A DNA stretch of 64,000 nucleotides from Sphaerodactylus townsendi (taxonomy: Eukaryota). Shown here one piece after another: positions 40,301 to 50,733 of this stretch (the first letter of the stretch is position 1; each line of letters starts with the position of its first letter). The notes beneath the pieces were generated by a model that was not told where the DNA came from, ran no database searches, and saw only the letters and a list, made by a program, of their open reading frames with translations. The DNA is taken from positions 19,096,001 to 19,160,000 of the forward strand of contig NC_059440.1 of the NCBI RefSeq assembly GCF_021028975.2, given 5' to 3'. A program made the position numbers and the translations under genes.

Positions 40301-40872
40301 ACACTCAGAGCCCACATAACATATGCAGTCTCTGCCACTGGAGAGTTTCATAAAAAACACAAAAGTGGCAGAAACTGAAATACAATGGTTCATTTTAGTT
40401 GTTCAGTTGTTCAGTACCACTCATGATGAAGCTAAGCATCATCATGACAAATGTATCATGTTGGTTCTGTAACATCCAGCTGGTGTTTTACATTGTTTAG
40501 CATAACCTTGCACAATCCCTCCACGTTTGACAGTAGACTCCAGCAAAACCCCACACAGCAAAATCCAATCCATAATATTCGTCACATACACAAAACAGTG
40601 AGGTCGTTTTTTTAACTGGCTTACTGGCAAACAGTGCTGATGGCATGAGGTCCACGCAAGACATTTCTGTATATCTGTGCCTGCCCCATCCCCCAAATCA
40701 AAAACATAGATGGTTGACACTAGAAACCTTTCAAGAAGCCCCTAAAACAAACGCTGAAGCAAAAAAGGAAGAAGAAATTGCACAATACCTGGGTCCGGAG
40801 AGGCCTCTCTTCGGTTTTTCCCAGCTGGGACAAGGATGTCAAAGGCACACGAGATGGTTTCCCTGGCCCCAT
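25255..40872 (-). CDS. KIAA0753: KIAA0753 / moonraker (OFIP) centrosomal and ciliary protein, 16 coding exons, about 867 aa
   Basis: Exons (5' to 3'): 40789-40872, 39240-39831, 38469-38575, 37600-37662, 36162-36380, 35236-35434, 32864-33078, 32491-32660, 31672-31764, 31127-31214, 30109-30192, 28511-28651, 27965-28046, 27634-27754, 26962-27189, 25255-25372. All phases are compatible, total 2604 nt. Recognisable motifs: [88 protein letters not shown]. Confidence 0.95.
26962..27189 (-). CDS. KIAA0753: KIAA0753 coding exon 15 (...[16 protein letters not shown])
   Basis: Matches human ISHEAVGSFNPWLIAE. Confidence 0.92.
27634..27754 (-). CDS. KIAA0753: KIAA0753 coding exon 14 (...[12 protein letters not shown]...)
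   Basis: Matches human SPHPIRITK; GTAAGT donor. Confidence 0.88.
27965..28046 (-). CDS. KIAA0753: KIAA0753 coding exon 13 ([27 protein letters not shown])
   Basis: Matches human [25 protein letters not shown]. Confidence 0.92.
28511..28651 (-). CDS. KIAA0753: KIAA0753 coding exon 12 (...[14 protein letters not shown])
   Basis: Matches human PDLEIMMRRMEEME. Confidence 0.88.
30109..30192 (-). CDS. KIAA0753: KIAA0753 coding exon 11 ([14 protein letters not shown]...)
   Basis: Similar to human RVNSTTEANIHLKD; AG/GT sites. Confidence 0.83.
31127..31214 (-). CDS. KIAA0753: KIAA0753 coding exon 10 ([29 protein letters not shown])
   Basis: Matches human DKVEEAVLDRLKPLLVKAQ; donor CAG|GTAAG. Confidence 0.88.
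31672..31764 (-). CDS. KIAA0753: KIAA0753 coding exon 9
   Basis: Polypyrimidine tract plus CAG acceptor, AG|GTTGG donor, phase 2-2, open frame ending ...TAVR as in human ...EAAR. Confidence 0.75.
32491..32660 (-). CDS. KIAA0753: KIAA0753 coding exon 8 (...[11 protein letters not shown]...[15 protein letters not shown])
   Basis: Matches human PWIPPNPTSPPASPK. Confidence 0.9.
32864..33078 (-). CDS. KIAA0753: KIAA0753 coding exon 7
   Basis: Open frame, AG/GT sites, phase 1 to 0 fits neighbouring exons. Confidence 0.8.
35236..35434 (-). CDS. KIAA0753: KIAA0753 coding exon 6 ([12 protein letters not shown]...)
   Basis: Similar to human ALESLLEKKLSP; donor G|GTGTGT chosen for phase compatibility. 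Confidence 0.8.
36162..36380 (-). CDS. KIAA0753: KIAA0753 coding exon 5 ([14 protein letters not shown]...DILLQIE)
   Basis: Conserved peptide, AG/GT sites. Confidence 0.93.
36486..37144. mobile_element. Non-autonomous hAT transposon (hAT1-like TIR) with a nested Harbinger-like MITE at 36634-36773
   Basis: TIR CAGTG(G/A)TGGCGAACCT; perfect 8-bp TSD CACTAGAA (36478-36485, 37145-37152). Confidence 0.92.
37600..37662 (-). CDS. KIAA0753: KIAA0753 coding exon 4 ([21 protein letters not shown])
   Basis: Matches human [23 protein letters not shown]/GT sites. Confidence 0.93.
38469..38575 (-). CDS. KIAA0753: KIAA0753 coding exon 3 ([14 protein letters not shown]...YVLQQQ), GC donor
   Basis: Highly conserved peptide; donor CAG|GCAAGA. 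Confidence 0.92.
39240..39831 (-). CDS. KIAA0753: KIAA0753 coding exon 2 (LQFNRNV...KIEQLVKK)
   Basis: AG acceptor and GTGAG donor; strong similarity to the human N-terminal region. Confidence 0.93.
40789..40872 (-). CDS. KIAA0753: KIAA0753 coding exon 1 ([28 protein letters not shown])
   Basis: Matches human MGPGQP...LQTQ; donor CAG|GTATTG; acceptor before 40916; an in-frame upstream ATG at 40878. Confidence 0.88.
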
Positions 40873-41269
40873 TACCATTCAGCAGGAGATTCAGAAAATT
40901 GTGATTTTATTGTTGTCTATGAAAAAAAACGTTGCTAAAATACCAACAGTAAGCTTACGTTAGGATTGCCACTGGTGCACGGGACTTTTCTATTTATGCT
41001 TAAAGATCTCGTTACAAGTTAAGAAACAGGCAAAAAGACCTAAGTTGAGCCCTCAGTTTGCTGAACATGCCTCCAGCAGCAGCCACTCAAGCTCCAAGAG
41101 AACGTGAGCAGCGAATGAAAGCAGTTTACCGGCACAGATATACTACTCATGAACGTGGAGGCTCCATTTGGCCTTGGGTGAGGACAGCTGGGCCTGGCCT
41201 CTCCAGGCCTGCCACCTTAGACAACGGCAGGACTGAGAAGACAAACGGGGGACCTCCCAGCTGTGCTTG

Positions 41270-41510
41270 ACATGTAGAACTCGCTCCGCGGCTGCCGCCA
41301 CTTTTTGGCCTCCACGAGCGTTCCTTAGCAACTGCGCACCGCGCGGAGAACGCCGGGAAACGGCCTCCGCCGGCGAGATCCAATCACAGGCGTGGGAAGA
41401 CACCGGCCAATCGTATTAGCGGAATGTCCCTGCCAGGCCGCCTTAATTCAGGAAGCGTCGCCAGCCTTCTCTAACCAGTGCCGCTTCCGCCTTTCTAGTT
41501 CATCTTCGCC
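41270..41510. promoter_or_regulatory. Bidirectional CpG promoter KIAA0753/TXNDC17 with RFX X-box-like site (41320-41332) and two CCAAT boxes
   Basis: Head-to-head genes; GTTCCTTAGCAAC; CCAAT at about 41381 and 41407; ETS-like GGAAG motifs. Confidence 0.75.
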
Positions 41511-41661
41511 ATGAGTTGCAACGAGGTGTCAGTGCGGGGTTATGCCGAGTTCGAGCAGACCTGCCTCGAGCAACAGCGGCGGGGGCGGACCGTTTTCGCC
41601 TACTTCAGCGGCGACAAGGATCCCGCGAGTGGCGCCAGTTGGTGCCCGGATTGCGTGAAAG
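41511..41661 (+). CDS. TXNDC17: TXNDC17 exon 1 (WCPDC)
   Basis: Kozak GCCATG; donor AAG|GTGGGT. Confidence 0.95.
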
Positions 41662-44600
41662 GTGGGTGGAATTTGCACGTGTGTATGTATTTACACGTTT
41701 CTGGGCGACTCGGGATTTCTGGTCGGTGACTGATCGGACAGATCTAATACGACCGCTTTCGCTTACTTTAGCGGCGACAAGGATCCCGCGAGTGGCGTCA
41801 TGTAGTTCCCGGATTGCGTAAAGGGTGGGTGTAATTTGTACGTGTGTGTGCTTCCACGTTTCTTGAGTGACTCGATCTTCTGATCGGTGGCTGATCGGAC
41901 AGATCTAATACGGCGACATCCATCTTTTTCGGACGCTTCGTCCCCTCGTGCTATTCTGTCAAGTCTGCAGTCAAACAAGCAGTTGCTTTTTAACCTATTC
42001 CCATCGGAAACGATGCGGGGTTAACATTGTTATCCCTTTTATTCACATAAAATATCTCCAAGCTGATCTGCCAATTAAAACAAGAAACCACATACATCTT
42101 TAAGACATGGGACTGTTGTTTTATATTGCTATTGCAAGCTTAGCAGGAGTACCCATATTGAATTCTTTGCTAGTTGATACTTTACAAGAATGTTGTATAG
42201 TTTATAGGAATAACGTTTATGTGTATGCTGTACTGAACTTGTTGAAATTTAATTCCCAGGAGGATTTGGCACTTATTGTTCTTTAAAATGCTGTAAGAAT
42301 TTTTTTGTTTTGTCCTCATTCAAGTTAACACTTAAGCTTTTAGTATACTTAGTGGTCCGGTGCTTATGATACCATCAACCCACGGAGAGTGATCTGTATA
42401 TTAAAAGGGCTAGTATGGTGTAGTGGTTAAGAGAGGTGGACTATTCTGAAGATCTGGGTTTGATTCTTCACCCCTCCACATGATTGACAGATTTTTGTTT
42501 GGTGAATTGGATTTGTTTCCCAGCTCCTGCATTTCCCAGTTATTTCCCTGGAATTGTTCATGAATGCCCAACATGGTGCTTGTATACAGTAAATATCATT
42601 GAGTTCATAGCAGGGGCCTTATGTGCTATCTAGTCCAGTTCCTTGCCCATTCTAAAAATCCAAAGCATAGTCCTCCCGACAAACGGCTTTCCACCCTCTG
42701 CTTGAAGACCTGGTACAAGGAAGAGCTTGCCCACCACCCTAGATAATTCAACTTGTCAGCAATTCTTCTTTCAGGTACACCTGCTTGGGTTTGCAGCATT
42801 TCTACACACCCATGCTAATTTGACTAGAAAATCAAGGGCTGGGTGATAATTATGTGACTCTTCAGGGTTGGTAATTGAATGTGTGAACAGATTTCATTGC
42901 AAATCACCAAGTTTAAAGTGATACAAGGCAATAGGAAGGTTCTGTGCTTGATCTGTGATGACTCATTCACACATGCATTTTCATCACTTGGTAGCTGCAA
43001 GACTGAGGAATGGCGGGTCGCGTGTGTCAGTGAAGCCTCACAGATCAAGCACAGAAATTCGTTGCTTTATGTTATACCTGGCATAATGCTCTTTAGTGGT
43101 GAGCAAAGGTGGGATAAAAACTGAAGGGGTTTGGCGTCAACCTGAATACTAAATGCTTACTATGTGAACTCACAATAAGATTCTTCCTTTTTTAGCCGAG
43201 CCAATTGTGCGAGCTGAGCTCCTTAACATGCCAGAAGCATCTGTATTCATTTACTGCCAAGTTGGAAACAGAACATAGTAAGTAACACAGTGTGTTAGAG
43301 TCGGCACTCACATTTTTTTGTAACAAACCCAAGGACATTGTGTTGGTTTGAGCTATACTTGGGTTATGGAAATGCAGTTAAGGCCTGCTCCATTCCTTCC
43401 AGGGGAAAAAAATCTTTGGGACGCAAAGCAATTATTTGACCTCACAGTACGTTAACTCTTATAAAGCATGTGTGAACAGTGCCTCTGCAGTCCACAGGCC
43501 AAAGATCTGCTCAAGTGCAGTTACTTTCTGCAACCAACAAGTGACTGTGCTGTAAAATCACCTTGCTGCTGCTCATACTGTTGTGTTTCTTGTGACTTTG
43601 ATCTCTGCTGGATGGCTGCTTTTATCTGCTGGACTTCCATCCCTTTGAAGCATTAGTTTGACATCTCGCTGATTTAGCATGAATCCTCACATTTTAAAAA
43701 ACGCATACAGGCTCCGAGTTATAGCCAAGGGCTACTTCACAGGCGCCAGACTGCGGGTGCACATTTCAACATCTTAGGTGTACACCTGAAGTGTGATTAC
43801 AACGATTCTGCAGACATATCTGCATGTTGGGAAGCTGGGATTGGCTGCAACTACTTCTTGGGTGAATCCTCAGACTACTTCCTTTTGCATATGTGCATTT
43901 CCCCTCCCTGGGTTGGAATGCTTGTCCATGCACTTTTGCCTAACTTATTTTAATTTTATGTATCTATCACATTATCCTGCCCTTTCTCCAGGGGACTTAG
44001 GGAAGACCATCACTCTCCCCTCCCACATTCCACCTCACAACAACCCTGTAAAAGAAGCTAGGCTGAGTGTATGGGACTGTCCCAGTTAGTTTCATGGGTT
44101 CAGTAAGGATTCAAACTGAAGTCTTCCAGATCCTAGTCTGACATTTTAACAACTACAACATGTGAAATGAATGGCAGGCTTAAAAAAAATGTTCCCATCT
44201 CAAAACTAAAAATATGATTGCCCTGTTGGATGAGATCAGATGTGGACCATTTAAGCCAAATACTTCTTTCTCCCAGTGGCCAATCAACTACTCTTGGTTG
44301 AGCTACCAAGTAGGACTTAGTGGTGGATGCCATCCTGCGCTGGGTATATGGGACAGTGTACTCCCTATCACAGTAATAGGTTTTCATTTCCTAGTTATCA
44401 CACTTAATGGTTGCAGACATAGCCTTCGTACGTTAATTATCCTTTCTAAATGCACTTAGATTGATCCGAGAAAATTTCTCCACAGCTGGAAAGATCCAAA
44501 CAACGAATTCAGAAAGAAGCTTAAACTCACTGGTGTGCCTACATTGCTTAAATACGGAACTGTAAGTATTTTTTAGTGTACAGCTGAATTCTGGCTTGAG

Positions 44601-45204
44601 ACGCACATTATCTGGCCGAGGTGCCTTATCTTCTGAAGTGTTGCTCTTTCTGCAAAACTCTGCTATGAATGTACAGCCTTCTTCTGTGCATGTCACTTGG
44701 AAGTCTATAGGACCAAGTTAGTTTATAGTGTTTCATATACTTGGGTGTCAGCCCCTCTCAAGCATTGTCCCTTATTTCTGAGTAAAATGCATAGGCTCAT
44801 GCTAGAAGTCTCTTGCTTTCTGGTACTTGTAGCTAGTGAAAATTTACTAATTTATTGTGGCACCCTTGGGAATTTTCTGTGACACAAAAGAAAACCTGTG
44901 GCATACCTCACATTTGGCCTTTGCTCTTCTGTACTCAGTGACCTTTGCACCAGTTGGGGAAATATTTGTAATTTACAACCTTTGAACAGTGAGCTACTTT
45001 CTCCCATGAGGCATGCAGAGCAAACTTGTCAATATGAAATTCAAGCCGCATCACTATTAAAATGCCTGTTAGTAACAATCAGCATATTTTGTAGGGGGTT
45101 ATTAACTTCTGTACCAATTTTAATTCCTGTTTCAGCCTCAGAAGTTGGTGGAAGACGAATGCTTTAAATCCGACCTTGTGCGTATGCTGTTCACAGAAGA
45201 CTGA
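41511..45204 (+). CDS. TXNDC17: Thioredoxin domain-containing protein 17 (TRP14), 4 exons, 125 aa
   Basis: Exons 41511-41661, 43196-43277, 44486-44561, 45136-45204; WCPDC active site; [37 protein letters not shown]; all introns GT-AG. Confidence 0.97.
41751..41911 (+). pseudogene. Degenerate tandem duplicate of the TXNDC17 exon 1 3' half plus donor site
   Basis: Copy of 41588-41750; reads [21 protein letters not shown] (W to TAG, C to F) and keeps AAGG|GTGGGT. Confidence 0.85.
43196..43277 (+). CDS. TXNDC17: TXNDC17 exon 2
   Basis: [26 protein letters not shown]; AG acceptor, GTAAGT donor. Confidence 0.95.
44486..44561 (+). CDS. TXNDC17: TXNDC17 exon 3
   Basis: [25 protein letters not shown]. 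Confidence 0.95.
45136..45204 (+). CDS. TXNDC17: TXNDC17 exon 4
   Basis: [22 protein letters not shown]; AATAAA at 45380-45385. Confidence 0.95.
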   Translation, partial: PQKLVEDECFKSDLVRMLFTED

Positions 45205-45534
45205 ATCTGTTTTGCATTCATCAAGATGCTACCATCCGTTAAGCTGCTCAAAGTATCTCATAAAGAATCATGCTCCCATTTTTGCAGTATCTGGAATACA
45301 TTTGTATTAAGTAACGCTCAAATGCAGGTAGGGCATAATGGTGTACAAGTATCTTGTGATCTGGAAATGGGTTAATTTAAATAAATGCTTGGATTCCTTT
45401 AAACAGCTGAATATTATATACATATTACATTCCAGAAAAAAAATAGTACTTTCTGCAGTTAGTGTGTAAAAGTCATATGCCTTCTTGTTCTAGCAAAGCA
45501 AGCATCTAGTAGGCCAGCATGTAAAAGTTAAAGG

Positions 45535-45728
45535 CAGAGGACTCTAATCTGGAGAACTGGGTTCGATTCCCCACTCCTTCACTTGAAGCCTGCTGGGTGA
45601 CCTTAGACCAGTCACAGTTCTCTCAGAACTGTCTGAGCCCACGCAGAGGTAGGGCAATGGCAAAGCACTTTTGAGCTTCCCTTGAAAACCATATGGGGTT
45701 GCCAAAGGTTAGCTGTGACTTGATGGCA
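45535..45728 (+). mobile_element. SINE with tRNA-derived head and BovB/Sauria-type tail
   Basis: Head shared with the L2-tailed SINE, then GGCAATGGCAAA...CTTGAAAACC...GACTTGATGGCA. Confidence 0.6.
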
Positions 45729-46989
45729 GATACAAGTATTTAGTGCTAAATTAACCCCAAACCCTTCCCAGTACCAACAGAATTTTCTCCCCAACAAATT
45801 GCAGGGATGCTGGCGCTCTGCCTTTTGATACTTCAAGCCCAGTTACAAATACTGAATCACTTTGTAGTAATCACAAAAGCAAAGGAATTTTAAATCGTGT
45901 AGAGAAATGCTGAATAGAACTTTCTAGGACTGAATCAGATTAAATGTCTGTGAATTATTATTCAGCATCATCCATATACATGGTCCATTATAGACCTTAT
46001 TAAGCTGCTCTTAAGCTTCCGCTGGAAGACATTTAAACGCAGACAGGAAACCGGGATACATAACGTTCTGACCATTAAGAGCAAGGTTGAAGGTAAACAG
46101 TGAAGAAACAGGGGGCTTAAGGTGGCTTCATCATTATATAAAATAAGATATCTGTCACTTTGCTCTTCAAAAAAAACCCCAGAAACTTGAGAAAGGCTTT
46201 AATTTATTTAAATCATCAGCCACGTCATGAAAAAACCAACCACTGGTAAGTTGCTTATCTCTGGCTGCTTGGGTGTTCACTCAACATTAGCACATCTGCT
46301 TTCCTTTCACATTTATATTGCATCAAGCAGGGGCCCTCCCTGCAAAGAAACTGGTTTAGGCAGAAAATTATTCAAGCTGCCAAAATGGCACCAGGAAACA
46401 GCATTTCTGACTAAGTTAGTTCACAAACTGAAGTTCTGTAAGGGGGAAAGCATGGGAAAGAGACTGCACATAGTTTCTTCTTGACTATCCCATGACCATT
46501 TTCCCCCTGTGAATCTGACAGATCAACAAGAGACATTTCTGAAGCCAGGACGTTCAATCCAGCTGGATCTCAGAACTGTTTTGAGTACAATATCAGTGTG
46601 CGTTACAGGAAGATGTACCCCAAAGTAGACCTCTTTATTTTCCTATGGATTTAATAATGCAAAGCCAGTAAGTTTTCCCAGTTGTGATCTACCACCACTA
46701 ACAAAATAAGCATATTGAAAAAACCTGTAAAAGCCGTCTCTGCTTCAAAAAATCACATTCCTTCTCCACCCCCTTCTGCTGTACCATTCTGCTATACCAT
46801 TTTAAATAGCTACGGTCTAAGCACCTTTTGTAACTGCACCTTATATACATAGATCGAAGCCAGCAGTCCAGACTCTATTAAGCTGACGAGCTCCTGTCGG
46901 CTGCCTTTCCCTGATGTAGCAGGAAGTGGAAGGGAAACCACCTGTCCATGGAAAAGAATCCAGCCTGCTTTTGTAACCAGCCAAGGGGC

Positions 46990-47185
46990 TCATTTGATGG
47001 AGGCACTATTCTGTTGCTGCTGCTGGTCCGCCAGGGCCTGCTGAAGGCGCATCCGCTTGCGGGAATAGTGCTGCCAGTGGAGAATCTGCTGCTCATCAAT
47101 GAACTTGGCACACTGGGCATTCACCAGTTCTTTCCGGAAGTGTTCGTACTGGAGCAGCTCCAGCATGTGTAAACATTGAGGGTAC
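46990..47185 (-). CDS. MED31: MED31 exon 4
   Basis: YPQCLHMLELLQYEHFRKELVNAQCAKFIDEQQILHWQHYSRKR...SIK*. Confidence 0.96.
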
Positions 47186-50061
47186 CTTATGGACAAAAAC
47201 AGTTGACACATGAGTCTTATAGGGAATATTTTAGCACCCCTATTACCACCACCTTGCAAGACTATTATCTGATTTTAATTCATGGATTTACTGAATATGC
47301 AAAAAGATCCACACAACCCAAAAAACCCACAACAACCAGTTGAATCCAGCTGTGAAAGCCTTTGACAATATACCAATGTAAATATTTATTTCAAGACGAA
47401 CTGAACATAAAAAAACCCTTTAACTGATTTTCCCCTACCCTGCATCTAGGCCAGAATCCACAGATGGTATTAGTCTTATGTATAAACACGAGAAAGGCTG
47501 CTGCTGCTTTTCGTGTTGTTGCGTCTGTTAAAGTGGGAGGGGGTCACATACATGTACACTGCACACTGCTATGCAACTTGGCAGACAGGCAAAATGGAAA
47601 ATCGCAGGCTAAAATCTTTAGTCTAAAAGCAGATAAACAGAGAGCTATTACCAGCCGAAAGGGACCATACTGAGCTATACTGAATGAGCACCTGATTTCA
47701 CACAAGGCAGATTCATGTGTTCACATGTTCAGGCATTACCCCACATAAAAAACAAGCACACACAATCCGGCCACTTGGAAAACTACCACTTGTGAGCAAG
47801 CAAAATTAGAATCTCTAATATTAACCAACACAGTTTTAGAAGCGCTGTCTCCTAGCTTTCCCTAAATGCAGAGATCAATTCTGGACCATTTAACATTGTG
47901 TGAGATACATAAATCACTCTTACTTTAAGTATTTGGCATATTCTGGTTCCTTCCAGTACAGCAGGTACTTTATATAGTTCACAAATGCTTTGTCTTTGAA
48001 GTATCCTCTCTGGGCAAGAACTGAAATACACAAAGCAAATTATTTTAGAATGGGCTTAACCTACAGTTGGGTAGCAAGCTTTCCCTTTTTACAAGAACTC
48101 AGGGGTCTTTAAGTGCATGGACAATAGACTCAAGACATACAAAAGTATTTTTACCATAAGATATGGTTACAACTTCAGCAGACCAATCATTCATAAAATT
48201 CAAATCAGGCACTTCTCCTTGTAAAATGTTAAATATTCTTCATTTATATACACATATGTAAGTGCTGACTAGTTGCAACCAATTTATGGCAAGTCCAGCA
48301 AAGTGCTTTCAAAGCAAGTGAGAGACAGAGATGGTCTGCCTTCTTCCTTAGCTTGATCTTGTTATCTGAGCAGTTCCCATCCAAGTCCCAACCCTGCTCA
48401 GCTAACAAGATCAAGCTACACAACACCACCTTTACACCAGTCCTTTACCATACCCCAGTATCTTTAGAAAGCCCTTTTAGAATCCCCTTGATGATTGGGT
48501 ACACCTTCTTTCTTTTGTAATGCATTTTCACATTTGGGTTGTTATCACCCTTGGCCACTGATGGCAACTTAGTGGTCAATACATCAATAGTGCAGCTGCA
48601 TTTGTTTCCAGCACTTACAGTTTAGGTAATTGGGGTTTGCGAGGCACTGCACAAATTCCAGCTCCAGCTGGAACCGAACTCGGTTTCCTGCATCATCTGG
48701 TGTCAGAAGGAGAAAGAAATGTTAAAATCATACAAGGAGGACAATTCTAGGCTCAACGACACAGTTTTGCTCAGTGTATAATCCACTGGAAACAGAGCTG
48801 TGGAAGGGCTAAAGCAAAATAGTTGCAGCATTTCTTTAACACCCAGAATGTCCCAGGTTCAATCCAATTATCTTTAACCAAAGAGACTCAAAGAGCAAAT
48901 GCTGGGAATGGCCTTACTCTGCCTGAAACATCAACCAAACACTGCCAATCAAAGTAGGCAATACAAAACTAGCAGGAGTAGTGCTCTAACTTGCTACAAA
49001 GCAACATACCAGGCATTCACAAGGTTTGAAGTCCAATCTTTGGTCCATTTAATGACAAGAAGGAACGACAATCTCAAGTCAAGGGATCATGTTAAAAGGA
49101 TAATCAAACAAATCCTGGCACAGGTTTGAGCTTCTCATCCTCCTTTACTTCTGAAAGCTGAGATTGCTAAGAACTTCCCAGCCAAGTGATAGAGCAAATG
49201 GGTGAACGTATGAAAAGCTACACAACTTCACAGCCCAGAAAGGTTTCCTAATGTCAAACTGAATTTGACATTCAGGAGGAGTGTGTTTCTTATTTTTAAG
49301 GGGGGGGGGGGGCACGCAGAGTCCCAAAAATCAAGGAGCTGCTAGCGACTGGCAGTGGTTTTTGGACCCCCTCCAATTGGGATAGTCAATTCTGGTGACA
49401 GCCCTTCCCTCCTGTTATGCTACAGGGTGAATCTAAGCAGAACTACGTTCTTCTGCGCTCATGCTGTCAATGGCCTCCACTTAGGACTGCGCTGTTCAAA
49501 CTCCTGATGCTGCATGCCCCAGTCAAATGCTTGAGGAAACCCACATGGCAGCCAGAGGGCATCCCTGGGGCACAGTACACATTCTGCAAACCAAGTCCTA
49601 TTCATAGTGACAAGAGGGTTAAGAGATTTCGGAGAGCTGCTAACTATCAGAGCAGACAACGCCAAATCAACCAGTGTTCTAGTTGAGGCTCGAATTGTAA
49701 TGAAAAGCAAACAACCAACTAAAGAACTGGCAGCTGTGACATCAAGAATAGTAGTAGTGGCAGTAGTACTATAAAACCTGCGTTGCTTTGAATGCCAACC
49801 CTTCATCAACTGAAGGACTGGCTTACATAACTCCTCACGCATCTAATGACCTGGTCTGTGGCCCACAGAACTCTCTGCCACTAGAGGAACCGCAACAAAA
49901 CCCACTTGGAAATTCCTCGCATTCAAAATTGGGGTGATTCCTCCTCATATTCCCTTCTTCCTCACATTCCCAGACCCTCGGGCCCCGCGCGGACCACCCA
50001 ACACCACATCCTCGGCATCTCCCAAACACCCACCCGTCTCCATGGCGCCGACGCCCGCCAT
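46990..50061 (-). CDS. MED31: Mediator subunit 31, 4 exons, 132 aa
   Basis: Exons 50034-50061, 48619-48696, 47924-48020, 46990-47185; MAGVGAMETDDAGNRVRFQLELEFVQCLANPNYLNFLAQRGYFKDKAF...HWQHYSRKRMRLQQ. Confidence 0.98.
47924..48020 (-). CDS. MED31: MED31 exon 3
   Basis: LAQRGYFKDKAFVNYIKYLLYWKEPEYAKYL. Confidence 0.96.
48619..48696 (-). CDS. MED31: MED31 exon 2
   Basis: DAGNRVRFQLELEFVQCLANPNYLN. Confidence 0.96.
50034..50061 (-). CDS. MED31: MED31 exon 1
   Basis: MAGVGAMET, 28 nt, phase 1. Confidence 0.9.
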
Positions 50062-50280
50062 CCGCTTCCCCGGCGAGGGAAAAATGGAGACAGCAGCTGC
50101 GCACTTGAAGCCGAACGCGGTGCATTCTGGGAAGCCTCCTGTTCCGGCTGCGAGGAGGGGAGGCGGCTGTGTTGCTGTTGCCAGGGCAACGAGGATGCTT
50201 CGTGGCTTGCTGGAGGGCCCTAAGCATCCCTCGACACACCTTTCCAACAGTGGTCCAACAACCACGTCATATTACTTGGT
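50062..50280. promoter_or_regulatory. MED31 promoter, probably bidirectional; ZNF143 site (50121-50133) and RFX X-box GTTGCCAGGGCAAC (50177-50190)
   Basis: CpG-rich; TTCCCAGAATGCA on the minus strand; near-perfect palindromic X-box. Confidence 0.75.
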
Positions 50281-50606
50281 TGTTTGGTGATTTGCTTGAA
50301 TGCCAGTGTACATCTCAGTGTTGTTTAAATCCTTTTTTAAAATCATTTTTATTACTTTTCTTTTTAAATGTAATCTTTATTTAAGAAAGACAAACTTTTA
50401 AATATACCATCGAGTGAACAAAATCCCAAGGTACAAAGGCAAATGACAATGATGCGAATAAACATATTGATTCTAATTAAATAAAAGGCAAAAAGAAAAA
50501 GAAATAAAAAGAAAAGGAGGGGAAGGGGGGGAAAGAAGGAAAACAGTCAATCGAACAAAAGGAAAAGTTTATGCAAGATTCTCAGGGAAAACAAAAAGGA
50601 CAATCA

Positions 50607-50733
50607 GATCCTCTGAAGATGCCAGCCACAGATGCAGGCGAAACGTCAGGAGAGAATGCTGCTAGAACACGGCCATACAGCCCGGAAACCACACAGCACC
50701 CAAGTGATTCCGGCCTTGAAAGCCTTCGACAAT
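50607..50733 (+). mobile_element. Short Penelope-derived insertion carrying a minimal hammerhead ribozyme motif
   Basis: 16-bp TSD ACAAAAAGGACAATCA (50591-50606, 50734-50749); TCCT-CTGAAGA-T-GCC..GGC-GAAAC-GTC-AGGA. Confidence 0.8.
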
